Assembly (NCBI GenBank): GCA_030295235.1
Contig: AP026145.1
Location: forward strand, 310,001 to 374,000
Length of the DNA: 64,000 nt
Direction of reading: 5' to 3'
From: Fistulifera solaris
Lineage: Eukaryota
The notes under the pieces are model-generated. The model searched no databases and was not told the origin of the DNA. It saw only the letters and a program-made list of their open reading frames with translations. This document shows, in pieces, positions 50,523-62,939 of the stretch (positions within the stretch are counted from its first letter, which is position 1; each line of letters opens with the position of its first letter). Both the position numbers and the translations under genes were made by a program.

Positions 50523-51331
50523 ATGACCGAAATGAGTCTCAACTCAAGATCCAACGAGTCCGCTCCGATATCGCCTACCGCCAGCGGACAAAGCGATCTT
50601 CCCTTTTGAATCTCAAGAAGCGATCGAATAAGAACGACTCGAAACGTGTTGTCCTTGCCTCGGTAAACTCTGCTTTCTTGGACGGCTTGTTTGCGGATGT
50701 CGCCCAGGCACAAGGAGATTCATTTTCAGATGAATCCAACTGCTTTTGCTTTGATGAATGCGATACGCGCAGTGATCCCTCAAAGTCTTTTAAGAAAACT
50801 CGTCTTTCGAAAACAAAGTCGATGACGCGATGCGGGAAGTCATATCTACAGCTAAATATGCCAGAGGCATCGACTGTCTCGAGCGAGTTCGATTCGATGT
50901 TCTCTTCCACCGTTTCTCCTTACGCAGCACCAAGAAGCGACTCTCTTGAGTTTCAGCTCAGTTGTGTGTCTGAATCCTCTTGTGATAACGTTGCTGCTCG
51001 CAACAAGGCAATCTCTACAACCGCTAAGCTTGCATTTCCGAGACTTCTTTCGGTATCTACGTGTGCTAACTCCTCTAGCACTCTGCTACCTCGAAAGGTA
51101 TCCGATCTACAATCACTTGTTACTGAAGACTCGTCTCCTAAAGAGAGCTACGGATGGTTTGTTGAAATGGACGATGACCACTACAATAATTCATCGGACC
51201 TCTACAAAGCCTCCACCGGCACTCTTGCATTTTCTGCACCTACCGCGCCCAAAGCTGCTAATTTCGACGCCGAAGTCGAATGGGCAAAGGCCGCCGATAC
51301 GGTCGATGATGTTCTCGGGGACTTCTTCTAA
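50523..51331 (+). CDS. Ser-rich hypothetical protein of a diatom-type family
   Basis: ATG at 50523 with an indel near 50605. Conserved-looking islands FLDGLFADVA, SYGWFVEMD and EVEWAKAADTVDDVLGDFF-stop. Confidence 0.7.
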
Positions 51332-53225
51332 AAGTTTCCACGCTTTCACGTCTTCCATCTACGCGCTACGCTACATACATTTATCTATCCTTCCTACTAC
51401 CATCAATTTCACACCACCTGTGATCAAACCTTTTCATTGAATACATTCTTTGGATTTTAAGATATCAGACATAAGTTTTGTTCTGAAATCAACGCCGACA
51501 GATTGCACCCAAGACTTTTTAGCTCTTAGGATAAATTAGCACTCAGTCTTTTCACAATCAAATGCCTTTTGCTCGATTGCCGATGTCGTCAGCCCATGTT
51601 CGTTACGGGTTGTATTTAGATTGTATGAAAGCTTTCATATAAGTATAAGGAGAATCGATGAAACAAGCAAGCCACAGCTAGACCCCTTGAGATTTGGTTT
51701 CGTTTCGAGAGATCTTAGTTTTTCGGTCACGGAGTACGGAGTATCTTTTGCGAGCGAAATCGAGAATGCTAAAGAAGCCAATTCGCGAAAGGTCGCTGAC
51801 GTACACCGTACATCCGCTATCCGTCCATTTCACCTTTCTTCCGCCTTCCTGGCCGCGTTGTACTTTATTGAATGAAAACGTGAAACCGCAACGGTACACA
51901 CACCACGAAATCCGATCACGTGGAAAACAGAAACTCGTGGCTGACGTACGTGATCTCATTAGCCCTCACCCTGGTGAAATTGTAAATGCTAGGATACTCT
52001 TCCGCGAGACGCATTGTAGATTGATATTGTTCGATCGCAGGACTAGTAAATTGCTTTACATCGTTTAGCACCCTTGCTCCTTGTGTGTTGCTGTTTTTGC
52101 CACGAATAACGGCAGGAAGCGAGTAACGATATTGTAAAGTTCATGATAGTGTTCTTAACCAGGTACGGCGACGCCCAGTCATTTCTTTTCAACTCTTCTG
52201 GCAGTCTCTCATTGCAAAGTTGTGGCTACTTATAGAAGTGTTGATTGCTGATTGTCATTATTTCCATCCCATCAGGTATCGTTCTCGAGTATGGAGCATG
52301 GGTCATGTGGATTGAGATGTTGACAGGACATAACAAGTCTGCGTCGATATCAAACAGCGTGTTGATGATTTGAAGATTCAATGACAGTGGCATCGGAGAT
52401 AGATGACTCTAATCTGAACACACCTAGCTCACCTAAAACGATCAGAGCTTTCAAAGGAAGCGCCGCGTCGATCGCTGCCTTTACCACCGCGTGCCCATAT
52501 CGACGGGTGTTTAATTTTTGCTTGCGAAGGTCATCAAGCGCTGCTATCGACGTTGTTCGGAAAAGCTATGCTACGAGGAGTAGTCGACTATGGAGAAATC
52601 GTGGAAAGTGACAAACAGACGAGCCCTTCGACTAAAAGTCCTTCAGTAGATTGGATCAAAACCGAACTCATGTGCGATGGCGACAGCATTTTAGTGCCTA
52701 CCAGGTATTCGGTACACGTATCGCACATTCCTGTTCACCCTTTCGAAAAAATTAGAAATAGGCCGTCTATCGACCGGAAAGACTTCACCGGAAAAGCATT
52801 TGATTCATGAAAATGAACTCTTCGCATTAGGATGGACGAGATTGTGAACAAAAAGTGAATCATTTTTGTTGTGATGGCGATCGGCATTCTTCGAATTTTC
52901 CTACGGGTATCTTTACGTAGCATTTGTACTGGTGAATAAGAACCCTTGAAGTTCACCTTTCAAGTAAAGATCGAAGAAAGTCGCGCGCCTGGCCAGGTTC
53001 TAGTTGCTCGATACTAGTCTACCGGTACGACGCAATGCAGTTGTCACGCTTCATGTGCACCACGACTTTCTGACTTCGTCATCTTTCTTTTGCAGTGATG
53101 CTGTTGCAACCACGTTTTCGTTTCGGCTTTTTCTTCTTCTACCAACATGTCATAAATTCGAAACGAAAGAATTAGAGTCAGACTGTTTCCGCTTTCCATA
53201 TTCATCAACATCTATTAAAGCCACG

Positions 53226-53813
53226 ATGAAGCGCTCACTTCATTTTACCGCCGTCCTTCTTCTAGGGACATTTTCCCTTTCTTGCTCATTCGGTGTCTCG
53301 CCGAACGTGCCGACACGAGTACGCCAATCCGTGTCGGCCAGATCCGCCGTTTCGACGCCAGATACTGCTCGACGTGATCACTTAGAGTCAAACGAAAACA
53401 CCACCAATTCGTGGATCCCCACTGAGGAAGGAAACTTTCTTCCCAATATTGCAAGAAACCGAATCACCCAAGTGACTACTTTGGAAGAATACAAGCGCCA
53501 CGTCGGCGAAGAACAACATCGCATGGTCTGTGTTCGCTTCTTCTCGCAAACGTGTCGGGCCTGCAAGGCAGCTGAGCCCATGTTCCGACGTATGACACTG
53601 GAATATCCCTCGATCAAGTTTGTCGAAGTTCCCTTGCTGGAAGACAATGCGTACATGCTGAAAGGATTGGGTGTCCCGTCGTTCCCTTATGTGCATCTAT
53701 ATTATCCGGGTGCTGGATTGGTGGAAGAGAGTCGGCTCAACCGCAAAGTGTTTGCCGAGTTTCAAGCCGTCTTGCAACAGTATGTAGACGGATACTGTCT
53801 CGCCGAACTCTAG
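53226..53813 (+). CDS. Plastid-targeted thioredoxin-like protein with an atypical CRAC active site
   Basis: Leader MKRSLHFTAVLLLGTFSLSCS-FGV. VCVRFFSQTCRACKA, IKFVEV and LGVPSFP (cis-Pro region). Confidence 0.82.
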   Translation: MKRSLHFTAVLLLGTFSLSCSFGVSPNVPTRVRQSVSARSAVSTPDTARRDHLESNENTTNSWIPTEEGNFLPNIARNRITQVTTLEEYKRHVGEEQHRMVCVRFFSQTCRACKAAEPMFRRMTLEYPSIKFVEVPLLEDNAYMLKGLGVPSFPYVHLYYPGAGLVEESRLNRKVFAEFQAVLQQYVDGYCLAEL

Positions 53814-53915
53814 TCGAGCTCACAACAGCTCATCTATTCTTCGCTTTGCACAATGTACACTACTGTAACATAGAAATAAAAGATTTCATATCGGCTTATC
53901 ATGTTACATTGCTAT

Positions 53916-55226
53916 TCACTCAACACGAGCTTTCTTATTGGCTGACTCGGTAACTTCCGCTGGTAGATCGAGCGGAGGGACCGCGCGGACCGCTTCGGGT
54001 AGATGAAACGACACGCATAACATATTCTTCGTCGGCGAGACATCCCGGACAATGTGTATATCGGCTTCTTGTAGAGTACAACCCAGTGCTTCCTCACAAC
54101 GTGTAATGGCTTCTTGGTGGTCGTCGGATTCGGACGATTTGGGACAGAAGCAATGAACGTGCACAACAGGGCATTTGGAAAGTTTCCATCCACGGAATGC
54201 ATCGAGAAACTCGGGTGCCGAAGCGGGTAGATTCATAATGACATGGTCTACTTGTTCGATTTGATTTTGAATTTCCTGTACCAACAAACGCGCGTCTTTA
54301 TTGAAACAAACTAGATTCGCACACTTGTTGTCTGTAGCATTGATTTGCAGATACCAAAAGGATTCTGGATTCAAATCATTGGCAAAGACGCGAATGTTGA
54401 CATGCGATGAAGCTTTGGATTTGCTGCCTTGATGCATATGGGCTGTCAAAGGAACCGCAAGGGGCCGACACCGGCCATGAGATCCAGTACGGTGGTTGTC
54501 TCACGCTGGGAATCCCTGGCTTCTTTTCGAATGACATTCACGAGTCGTCGATGCTCTCCTCCCAGTCGACTGTTCCAGTACACGGTTTGAAAATCCAGCC
54601 GAAACGTGCAGTTTTCTTCCTTGACGGTGACTTCGGACCATCCCTTTGCACTACTTCCTGCAATGACTTCCATTCCGAACGTACGATATTCTGTTTCAAT
54701 GGTACCGACTTTGTTCACGACTGTTTTGATTCTCGGCTGATGCTTGTCGAGTAGTACTTTTCCAATCCAGTATTTGTACGGCAAGAGTTCGTCGCGTAAA
54801 TTGATGTGAATGAGCGACCCGACCGTTTCGAATGCGGAAGGTATTTCTTTCGTGTCCGAGGGCAGAATTTTCCGCAACAACTCATCGGCATCCAGATCAT
54901 CGTACGTGATTCGAACCGTATGGCTTATTTGGCGGGCGTCATTATTCGCATCGGCTAGAAAGGATTGGACCAATTCATGTTCAAAAACATCCGTGTCAGA
55001 ATTCTTTTGCAGAAGGAGGATCCGACGACTCGAATCTTCCGGATCTTCCAAAACGGTCTTCATTTTGGGTCGATAAAACAATACAGAACTCAGCAGACGT
55101 CTTGTTTCGGCTGTCTTTTGGCCGGAATCGAGAGAGCGGGAAAATCGGATGTTTCGTCAAACGTTGTTCGAGACGGAAAGGCATCCAGTGGGTAACAGGT
55201 TTGTGGCTTGCCTTCTTGTTTGTCAT
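53916..55226 (-). CDS. TRM5: tRNA (guanine-37-N1)-methyltransferase Trm5
   Basis: PSAFETVGSLIHINLRD, KTVVNKVGTIETEYRTFGMEVIAG, VYWNSRL, DLMAGVGP, ANDLNP, HVIMNLP and VRDVSPTKNMLCVSF. Indels near 54455 and 55080-55150. Confidence 0.93.
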
Positions 55227-55825
55227 GATTCTCAGAAACTGATGTTTCGTGCATATTGTATACGAGAAAAAAATACTACGTAATATCTCAACTGAATTCT
55301 CACTGCTTTTGTTATAAAGTGATGGTCAAAGTATCTTAGTTATGATCTGCTATCGTCGCCAACGAAAAAAGTTGGAAAATGAAATGAACGATCGGCGGAT
55401 CGCGGACGAGAGGAAAAACGTGCCAATCGTATCCGGTACTCGAGCGACGGACAGAGCAGAGAGCTTAGGTGCGCGCGCGCTGGATGCGCTTTCGTTATTT
55501 ACTATGACTTTGAATGTAGACAACATTTGGCATCCGAATATGTGACACAGTGAAACTAGCCGTTGATGAGACTCCGATTAAGAACGAAACGAGAACTATT
55601 GTTTGATTATATTAAAACTTTTAGATAAAATATAAAATGTGTTTAGAGCCGTGTTGACGTTGAGTTCTCGTTGTCATCGTTGCAAAGCGCACGTCGCATT
55701 TGAATGCATATTTGAGCCGGAAAAAGAAGCGCCACTCTAGAATGCTTTCATTGTCAACAAACCTTTGTTTATTCCAATTCATCAAACAAATACCTCGAAG
55801 AAGTATTCATAGAGAGCACAAAAGA

Positions 55826-58072
55826 ATGCGGGGTCTGCTTTACTCTCGTTATTATGTCTACTGCACGCTGTTATTTCTAGCTTCGACCACCACCGGTTTC
55901 CCGGACATGACACAACGGCAAGAATTCATTGCCGCCATGCAACGGATCGACGATGAGCAAATTGTAAATCAAGAACAACAGGAAATACAGCAGAGACTGA
56001 GAAGTGCCGCGGTACGAGTCACTCCGGAAATGAATCGCGAACTATACAATCAAAATGGATACAATGGAGCAAACGAATACGCCAACAAATACTACAATTA
56101 CCAAGGAGGACAAAATAATTATTACGAACAAGTGGATTTGTCGGAATTCGCCTTCAAGTACGTCGGCTGTCAAGATATCGCTACCTGGAGTGACAATCGC
56201 GCGTCGGCGGGTCAGACTCCCACCGCCATGCGGCGCTTCGTCACCTTTCGTCTCTGTGAAGCCAATGCGTGCTCGACGTACAACAAATATGGCTGCAACA
56301 GTCACTATGGAGAGTACGTAATCCCCATGGAAGATTATCTGGATATTATGACAACCTATCATTTCAAGCAATACAGTCGCTACTGCCAAACATGTGAGGC
56401 GTGCAGCAAGTTTGACTACACGTTGTATCTCAATAAAGTGGCCGCCTATCAGTCGTATGTGAATCAAATGAACAAAAGAAACCAAAATAATAGCAACAAC
56501 AAGTCCAACAATAGTAACGGTAGCAGTTCGAGCAGTTCCACCAACGATGATACCACCACCGACGATGCATCGACGAACGCCGATGATGCGGTCACCACCG
56601 ACGATGCCGCGGCGACGGATGATGTCACAACCGATGACTCGATTGAAGAAGCTCCCAGCGATGATGGTCATGTGACGTACGATGATGCACTCGGATACAA
56701 ATACGGGGCTTACGGATACAACTTTTACGATGATGCCTTCAAGTCTTACGCCGGGTCGGATGACGATACTTCGAATCAAATCGAAGATGATTTTTGGAAT
56801 CAATATGTCTGGCATTACGGAGGGGCGAGCAGCAACGACAACAATAATGGAGACAGGAGGCTTTCTTATTCGTCGAATAGTTATTCCAGCAATGGAGCAT
56901 CTGTTTACAACAAAAATTTTGGAAACTACGTGAGCGGAGGTTATTACGGCGGTAACATCCCAGCGCCGAAATTACCCTGGTACATTGCGTCGGACGGAAC
57001 CTGCTTATTCAAGTCAACATGTCAAAATTTCAAGGGTGCGTGTCGAGCGTATAACGCAAATGCCACCAACTACATACCCTACTTTTCCTGTCGGGCGTTC
57101 CAAATGGGAAACGCGGTAAGCTATGTTGGTCCACATTGCCGCAGTGATGGACACACGATCGGAATCGCGTTGTACAAGGATCAGTATTGCAGCTCTTATG
57201 TGGGAGACGTGTCGGAAATCGAGAAGTACACCGGCAAAAGTTTGACGATAGCGAGCTATCCCTATTCTACGACAAGTCATGTATATCGTGCAAAGCGTCG
57301 GAAAGTTATGCACTCACTACGTCAACAAGCAGCAGCAACAGTGGGAGTAGTAGTTCAACGGCACACGAAACATACCCTTTTTGTACGGTGGCGTATGATT
57401 CCAGTGCAAAGTGCAACAGGAATTTTAAATCAAGCAATGCACTGGTAGGTACTTCTTATGTTGCGTTTGGGTGTCAAGATATAGCCTAACAACATCTTTG
57501 CTGTTCTCTAGTACGAAGACGACGAATCTCAAACTAAAGTGTGCACATTCATAGACACACTCATCGAAAATCACTACAATGAGCGCGGTCAGATTGTGGT
57601 GAAAGAGGATTTCCGATTTTCAAAGTGGAATTCTGGAGCCGAGTATATCACCCTCGCTCAAAAAGCCTCGCCACTACAACTCATATCGTTGATAGCAAGT
57701 ATGGCGATTTCATTAAGCCTGCTGATTTACTCCGCTTATTTATACAAGAAGTTAATGTACCGCATGCCATGGAGACCGCCCAAGAGTGTCCATTCTCCGA
57801 CTTCGGGTGGACAGTCTGTTGCCGGCGACTACGATTTCGATACACGGGTAGAAGCAGGCAGGTTATCTCGAATAAACTCCGGCATCACCGCCCTTCGATC
57901 TATCAGCTACGATGGGCACTCCGTCTCTGCATTCTCTCAATTTCCCGCTGGCCCTCTTACCGGCCAAGCCACAAATGCACCCGGTGGGATTCTACACGGA
58001 GATTTAAGTTACAGTGGCCGCTCAAGGCACGGTAATGAGGACACAGCACCTTCTGCCGGAGAATTCGCCTAG
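55826..58072 (+). CDS. Silicanin-like (Sin1/SiMat7 family) type-I membrane protein
   Basis: Signal peptide, REL motif then N/Y-rich tract. Cys pattern FKYVGCQ, FVTFRLCE..C...GC..HYGEYVIPM, YCQTC, YVGPHC..DG..IGIALYKDQYC, CISC, C..AY..SAKC and VCTFI, then one TM helix and a cytosolic tail. Indel near 57238, intron 57445-57511. Confidence 0.8.
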
Positions 58073-58570
58073 ATCTTATGTAATCAATAGTATCATTTTC
58101 ACTCTAATCAAGAAATACTATAGTTTTTGTCACACTGCGACATTTCGTTCATGAATCGAAACGAATCTTATGTGTACATCAACTACCCATAGCGAGGAAT
58201 CGCACTATTTTCGAGAGTACAAGGACACTCTAGAAAAAGAGAAATCGGACATCGCCGGATCGCATCATAAATTCAAAACGCATTAAACACAATCCGTAAT
58301 ACATGATTACTATCATCAACTAATCCGTTGACCGATGATTATCTACACCCCAACTGACAAGATTTTTCGCCGAATCCTTAAGTAATCAGGATAATTCTGT
58401 CGCACTCCACAGGATACGCACCCTCTTCGGCGAGATATCGCATTTGATGGCGAAAGGAAGCAAGTTTTGTCATCGCATTGGATACAAACTGTGGACACGG
58501 AATACAATATCCGATTGTTTGAGCCATACCCTTCCTTTGGCTCCCAGACAACAAGAAAAGTGAATTGGAC

Positions 58571-60974
58571 ATGGCCAAGTTTGCACTTGCACTGGCTTTC
58601 TTGCTGGCCGGTGGAGCAACTGCTGCGAAGCCGGCTTTCCCTGCCAGTTTGGTTCAAGATGCCCGAAAGACTATTGCTTTGAACCCAAAGTTGCGCGCGG
58701 AAGAGAAGAAGCGCCAACTTGCGCTTTCTGATAAGATTCGTTCCTTAGCGAAGCCCCGTATTCTGCAGAACAATTACAACTACAACAACTTTTACAGCTA
58801 CGAACAGAATGCCGATGGCTATGCGAACGACTTCGACATGTGGGCGAACGAATACAACTGGAATAATGAGATGGATGAATCAGAGTTTGGATTTCAGATT
58901 TCGAACTATGCTATCAAGTTCACTCAATGTGCGACGGTAGAAACTTTCAGCGATGAACTTGCCGATGACGAGTTTTCCGACACCGTTCTTGCTGCCCAAC
59001 GCTTCGCGATCTTCCGACTTTGCCCCAAAGACCAGTGTTCCAGTTACTCTACAAATGGCTGCACAAGTAACTACGGAGAGTACATTGTGGCGATGGACCA
59101 GTATCTCGCTGCGATTTTAGACCAAGAAGAATCTCGTGTTGTGAATTACTGCACGTACTGTCAATCTTGCGCAGACCTCCAGGCCTACAAGGCCTTTTGG
59201 GCGGAAGTTGACTACCGTCGCCAGGCTGCTCTCGCACAAGCGCAAGCAAACTACGAGTACTGGTACCAGACTTACATCACGAACGGTCAGCAGCAGAATC
59301 AATATCAAAACATGTACAATGGAAACCAGAATGGCAACAACGGCAACAACGCGAATAACGCAAACAACGGCAACAACAATCAAAACGCGAACATTGCCCA
59401 GCGTTATTATCAGTACATTCGAAACAAGTCCAACTATGCCAACAACTACTATCAGAACAACTACGGAGCCAATGGTGGATACTCGAATCAGAATCAAGTT
59501 CAGTATAAGTGGACCAACGAAGACTTTTGGATGATGCAGAACAATTATCAGAATTCCTACCAGGAGATGCAGAACTGGCAGGTGGTGGGAAGTGCAACGA
59601 ACACCCGCTTCTATGGCAAGCCGGTTTACAACGGATACTTTGATGGCAACGGAGACTTCATTCAAGGATACGGATATTTTAATGATCGTGGAACTTATAC
59701 CTCCCTAGAAACTGAACTTGACAATACTCAATGGGACGCATCGCTGTGGGGAGAGTTTCCGGCCACTTGGCAAAACGTCGACCTTCAATCCGAGGACTGC
59801 AGCGGTGAATACGCCTCATCGTGCTCCAATCAGTACGACGCATGCATGGTCATCCTCCAAGACGGTGATTACATGGGATACCAACAAAGTATGCACGGAT
59901 ATGGTTCGTACTCGGAGAACATGCGTGGCAGCAACGGTCAAACGACCTACTCCTTGAAAGATTTTGTGGCTTGTACCGAAATTGAAATGTTTCAAGACGG
60001 TAACGACTACGCAAACCAGCAGTATTACGAGCAACAGTACATGAACAAGCAGCAGTATTTCGAGGAGCAATACAACTGTTACGACGGCGATGAGAATTGC
60101 GCACAAAAACGAGAATACGCTATGAACCAATACAACTACGAAATGCAGCAGTACATGAACCGACAGTATTTCATCGGACCACATTGCTCTGGCGATGGTC
60201 GAACTATTACTTTGGCCGTTTACAAGGATCAATACTGCTCCGTCTTGGACTCTGACACCACTGTCAAGGAGTTGATTGGCTACGACCCTGTCCAACAAGT
60301 CGAGCTTGTTCCCGAGGAGTGCATTTCTTGCGGTGTAAATGCGAACGTAAGTACTCACCAAACATTCTTCCTTTGCTTCCCTTGCACCTATATTCTCACC
60401 TCTTCTATTTGTTTCATCTCGACAGAACATGGAAAGCTTCCAATGGTACGAGAACGAAGACCCTGATGCGTTCCAGGTTGAACCGATGTGCTCTATGCTT
60501 TACCAACTGTCCGGTAAATGCAACAAGCAACTTACGCTCCCCACTACGAGTGCAAATCAGTATCAGGAAGCACAAGATTGGGAGCAGATTTACCAATCTC
60601 AGCAACAGGAGAAGAACGAGGAAGCCGTCTGTGCTTTTGTCGAGTCCTTGAAGTCGAAGTCGTACAACGAATACGGGCAGGTGATTTTCGGCGGCAGTTC
60701 GTGGACCGCCCAGTGGTCTTCGGAGCTCAAAGCTGAATCCAGTATGCTTTCCGGCGGAAAGAAGTTAGCCATTACCATTCTCTGCTTCGGTGTTGCCGTC
60801 ATGGCAGTCTGGGCTTGCTTTTTGCACAGCACTCTCGCTCGCAAGAACATTCCTTGGCGTCCACGACGCAAGCCCGGTGACTTCAACCTCGATCCGACGC
60901 ACATTGCTCGTCAGAACTCGGGTATCGTCTTGGGGCGTTCTCGCAGCGGTCCTGGAAGTGCACCTTTCCTCTAA
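58571..60974 (+). CDS. Second silicanin-like (Sin1/SiMat7 family) type-I membrane protein, N/Q/Y-rich
   Basis: Signal peptide MAKFALALAFLLAGGATA, RIL motif. IKFTQC, FAIFRLCP..C...GC..NYGEYIVAM, YCTYC, YFIGPHC..DG..ITLAVYKDQYC, CISC, C..LY..SGKC and VCAFV, then a TM helix. Intron 60347-60425 in frame. Confidence 0.85.
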
Positions 60975-61115
60975 TTGTACATTTCAGTTCTGGAGCGGGA
61001 CGTTTTGACAAGGTTTTGGTGGAGAACCGTTCGTGAGAGCTGTGTCTCACTTTTATCAACTACTATACTTGTAATTAAAATTGAATGAAGTAATGAAAAA
61101 GGAACTTCTATTTGT

Positions 61116-62294
61116 CTAATCAGCAGAACTCTCTTGTAAACAGACTAAGTCTGCGGCCATTAAAATATGGTCACTCGGTTCCGACACGTCAAAATTGGGG
61201 AACGGACCTCCCGCTTGCTCACGGTCCACAAACGGCGTCATATTTTCCACTTTCCATTGACCTTGTGACAAGAAGATGTAATCCAGCGTATCAATAAATG
61301 GATCGTCTTCTTTGACTCGTGCATAATTGGTGAAGTCAGGTTCTTTGGAGAGATAGGCTACACTGGCGCTATCCATCGGCCGACAAGTGGGTGTCCATTC
61401 CACGCCATTTTTCGAAACCGGATAGCAAGGATCGGCATTTTCCAGTTGCCCGGTAGTCAAGAACTTATAAGATGAGTCCGCTGGTTTAATATTGAAATCG
61501 CCAGCAATGATACACGGCACATTTTGGCGTGTGGCTAACTCTTGTACGTGCCGAAAGCACATCTGATAAGAGCAATGGTACATGAGACACAACTTTACCA
61601 AAAGACAGCTGGTACTGTACGAAAACAACTTACATCCGCATGTATTGTCATAACTTGTGGGGCAAAGTAAGCACACGGCATGTGGTATGTTCCGATGCAG
61701 AACGCTGTCCCCGACGTCCGGTCCTTCAACGTGACACTCGTCATGACATTCATTCGCTGCTCCGCATAATCCCAGGGGTCTCTTTCTTCCTTCTTTCCCA
61801 AAAGTTTGAGTGGAAACGCGACGGCGGTATCCAAAATATTCGACCAGAACGACTTTTCGTCCTTCGGTGGCCAACTTCGCGTATCGCTGAGTCGGGAAAT
61901 ATCGACATCGACCGTTTCAAACTCTTCGGTCGGCCAAGCTAAAGCGACTCCCATGTACCCATTGAATTTCCTTCCGTAGAGTCCAGTGACCATGTGGAAT
62001 CCCCTGAGAGTGGCAACGACTGAGACGAAAGAATGTTGATTTTTGCAAAGGAGAGCTGTTGTTGTGTTCGTACCTTTGTGCGAAAAAAGCGTGAAAAGTA
62101 CCAGCCCAATCGTACGATACTTCTTGAAGACAGAAAACAGATCGTTTTTCTTCCTGGAGTTGACTTTCCAGTTTCTGGAGTACGACCGGTAAGCGCCTCA
62201 ATGGATCTAAATGATCCGGATTCAACGTGGTGTAATGATTGGGCGACGACAAATGAGACGACAGAACATTGTAAGTGACGACGCGGAGTTTCAT
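61116..62294 (-). CDS. Endonuclease/exonuclease/phosphatase (EEP) family protein, CCR4/nocturnin/angel-like
   Basis: RVVTYNVL, FCLQEV, GTYH, IAGDFN, DTLDYIF and PSDH. In-frame introns 62073-62004 and 61633-61563. Confidence 0.88.
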
Positions 62295-62380
62295 ATTGTT
62301 GATCTAACTTCTCTGAAATATCAATTAGCGCGAGCTTATTGATGAGAAGGCGGTAAATAATAGACTAATGGAACATCAAC

Positions 62381-62408
62381 GAATGAATGAATGAATGAAT
62401 GAATGAAT
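62381..62408. repeat. (GAAT)7 microsatellite
   Basis: Seven perfect GAAT copies read directly. Confidence 0.9.
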
Positions 62409-62939
62409 AACAACAATCACAAAAGCCAAAGCAAAAATGGCGCGCATACTTCGCATTGCCGGGAAATGACTTACCGGTAATACCTATCCCTAAAAGACCC
62501 GATCCAGGAGATCATTGTTACAATATCACGAGTCACGACTACCCTTTACTCTTTGTCCCATACATAGTAAGCGTCCACGTCCAGGACACTTTCAATCAAA
62601 GACTCAAGACATCATCGACACAAAAACCTACATGACAAAATTCTGGGTCGCAGACACTGGATTACGGAGTACACCATCCTACTGAACTGCTTGAAACGGT
62701 ACTAACACTCTTTCGAAGGATTGTACTTTTCACTATCTTGAAGCGATTACGCCATAACCGACGACCGACGACTGACACTCTGAAAACAGTGCATCGTTGA
62801 TCGTGCACTCTTGTCGTGCACCCCACGAACTTTTGCGAGCTCTCACCGAAATGGCACAGCGCGGGCAAGATTCGTGCGAAAGAAAGCTCCTCCTCCCATT
62901 TGCCTATTCATTCCTTTCTTTCTTTTATGATCCTTCAAT

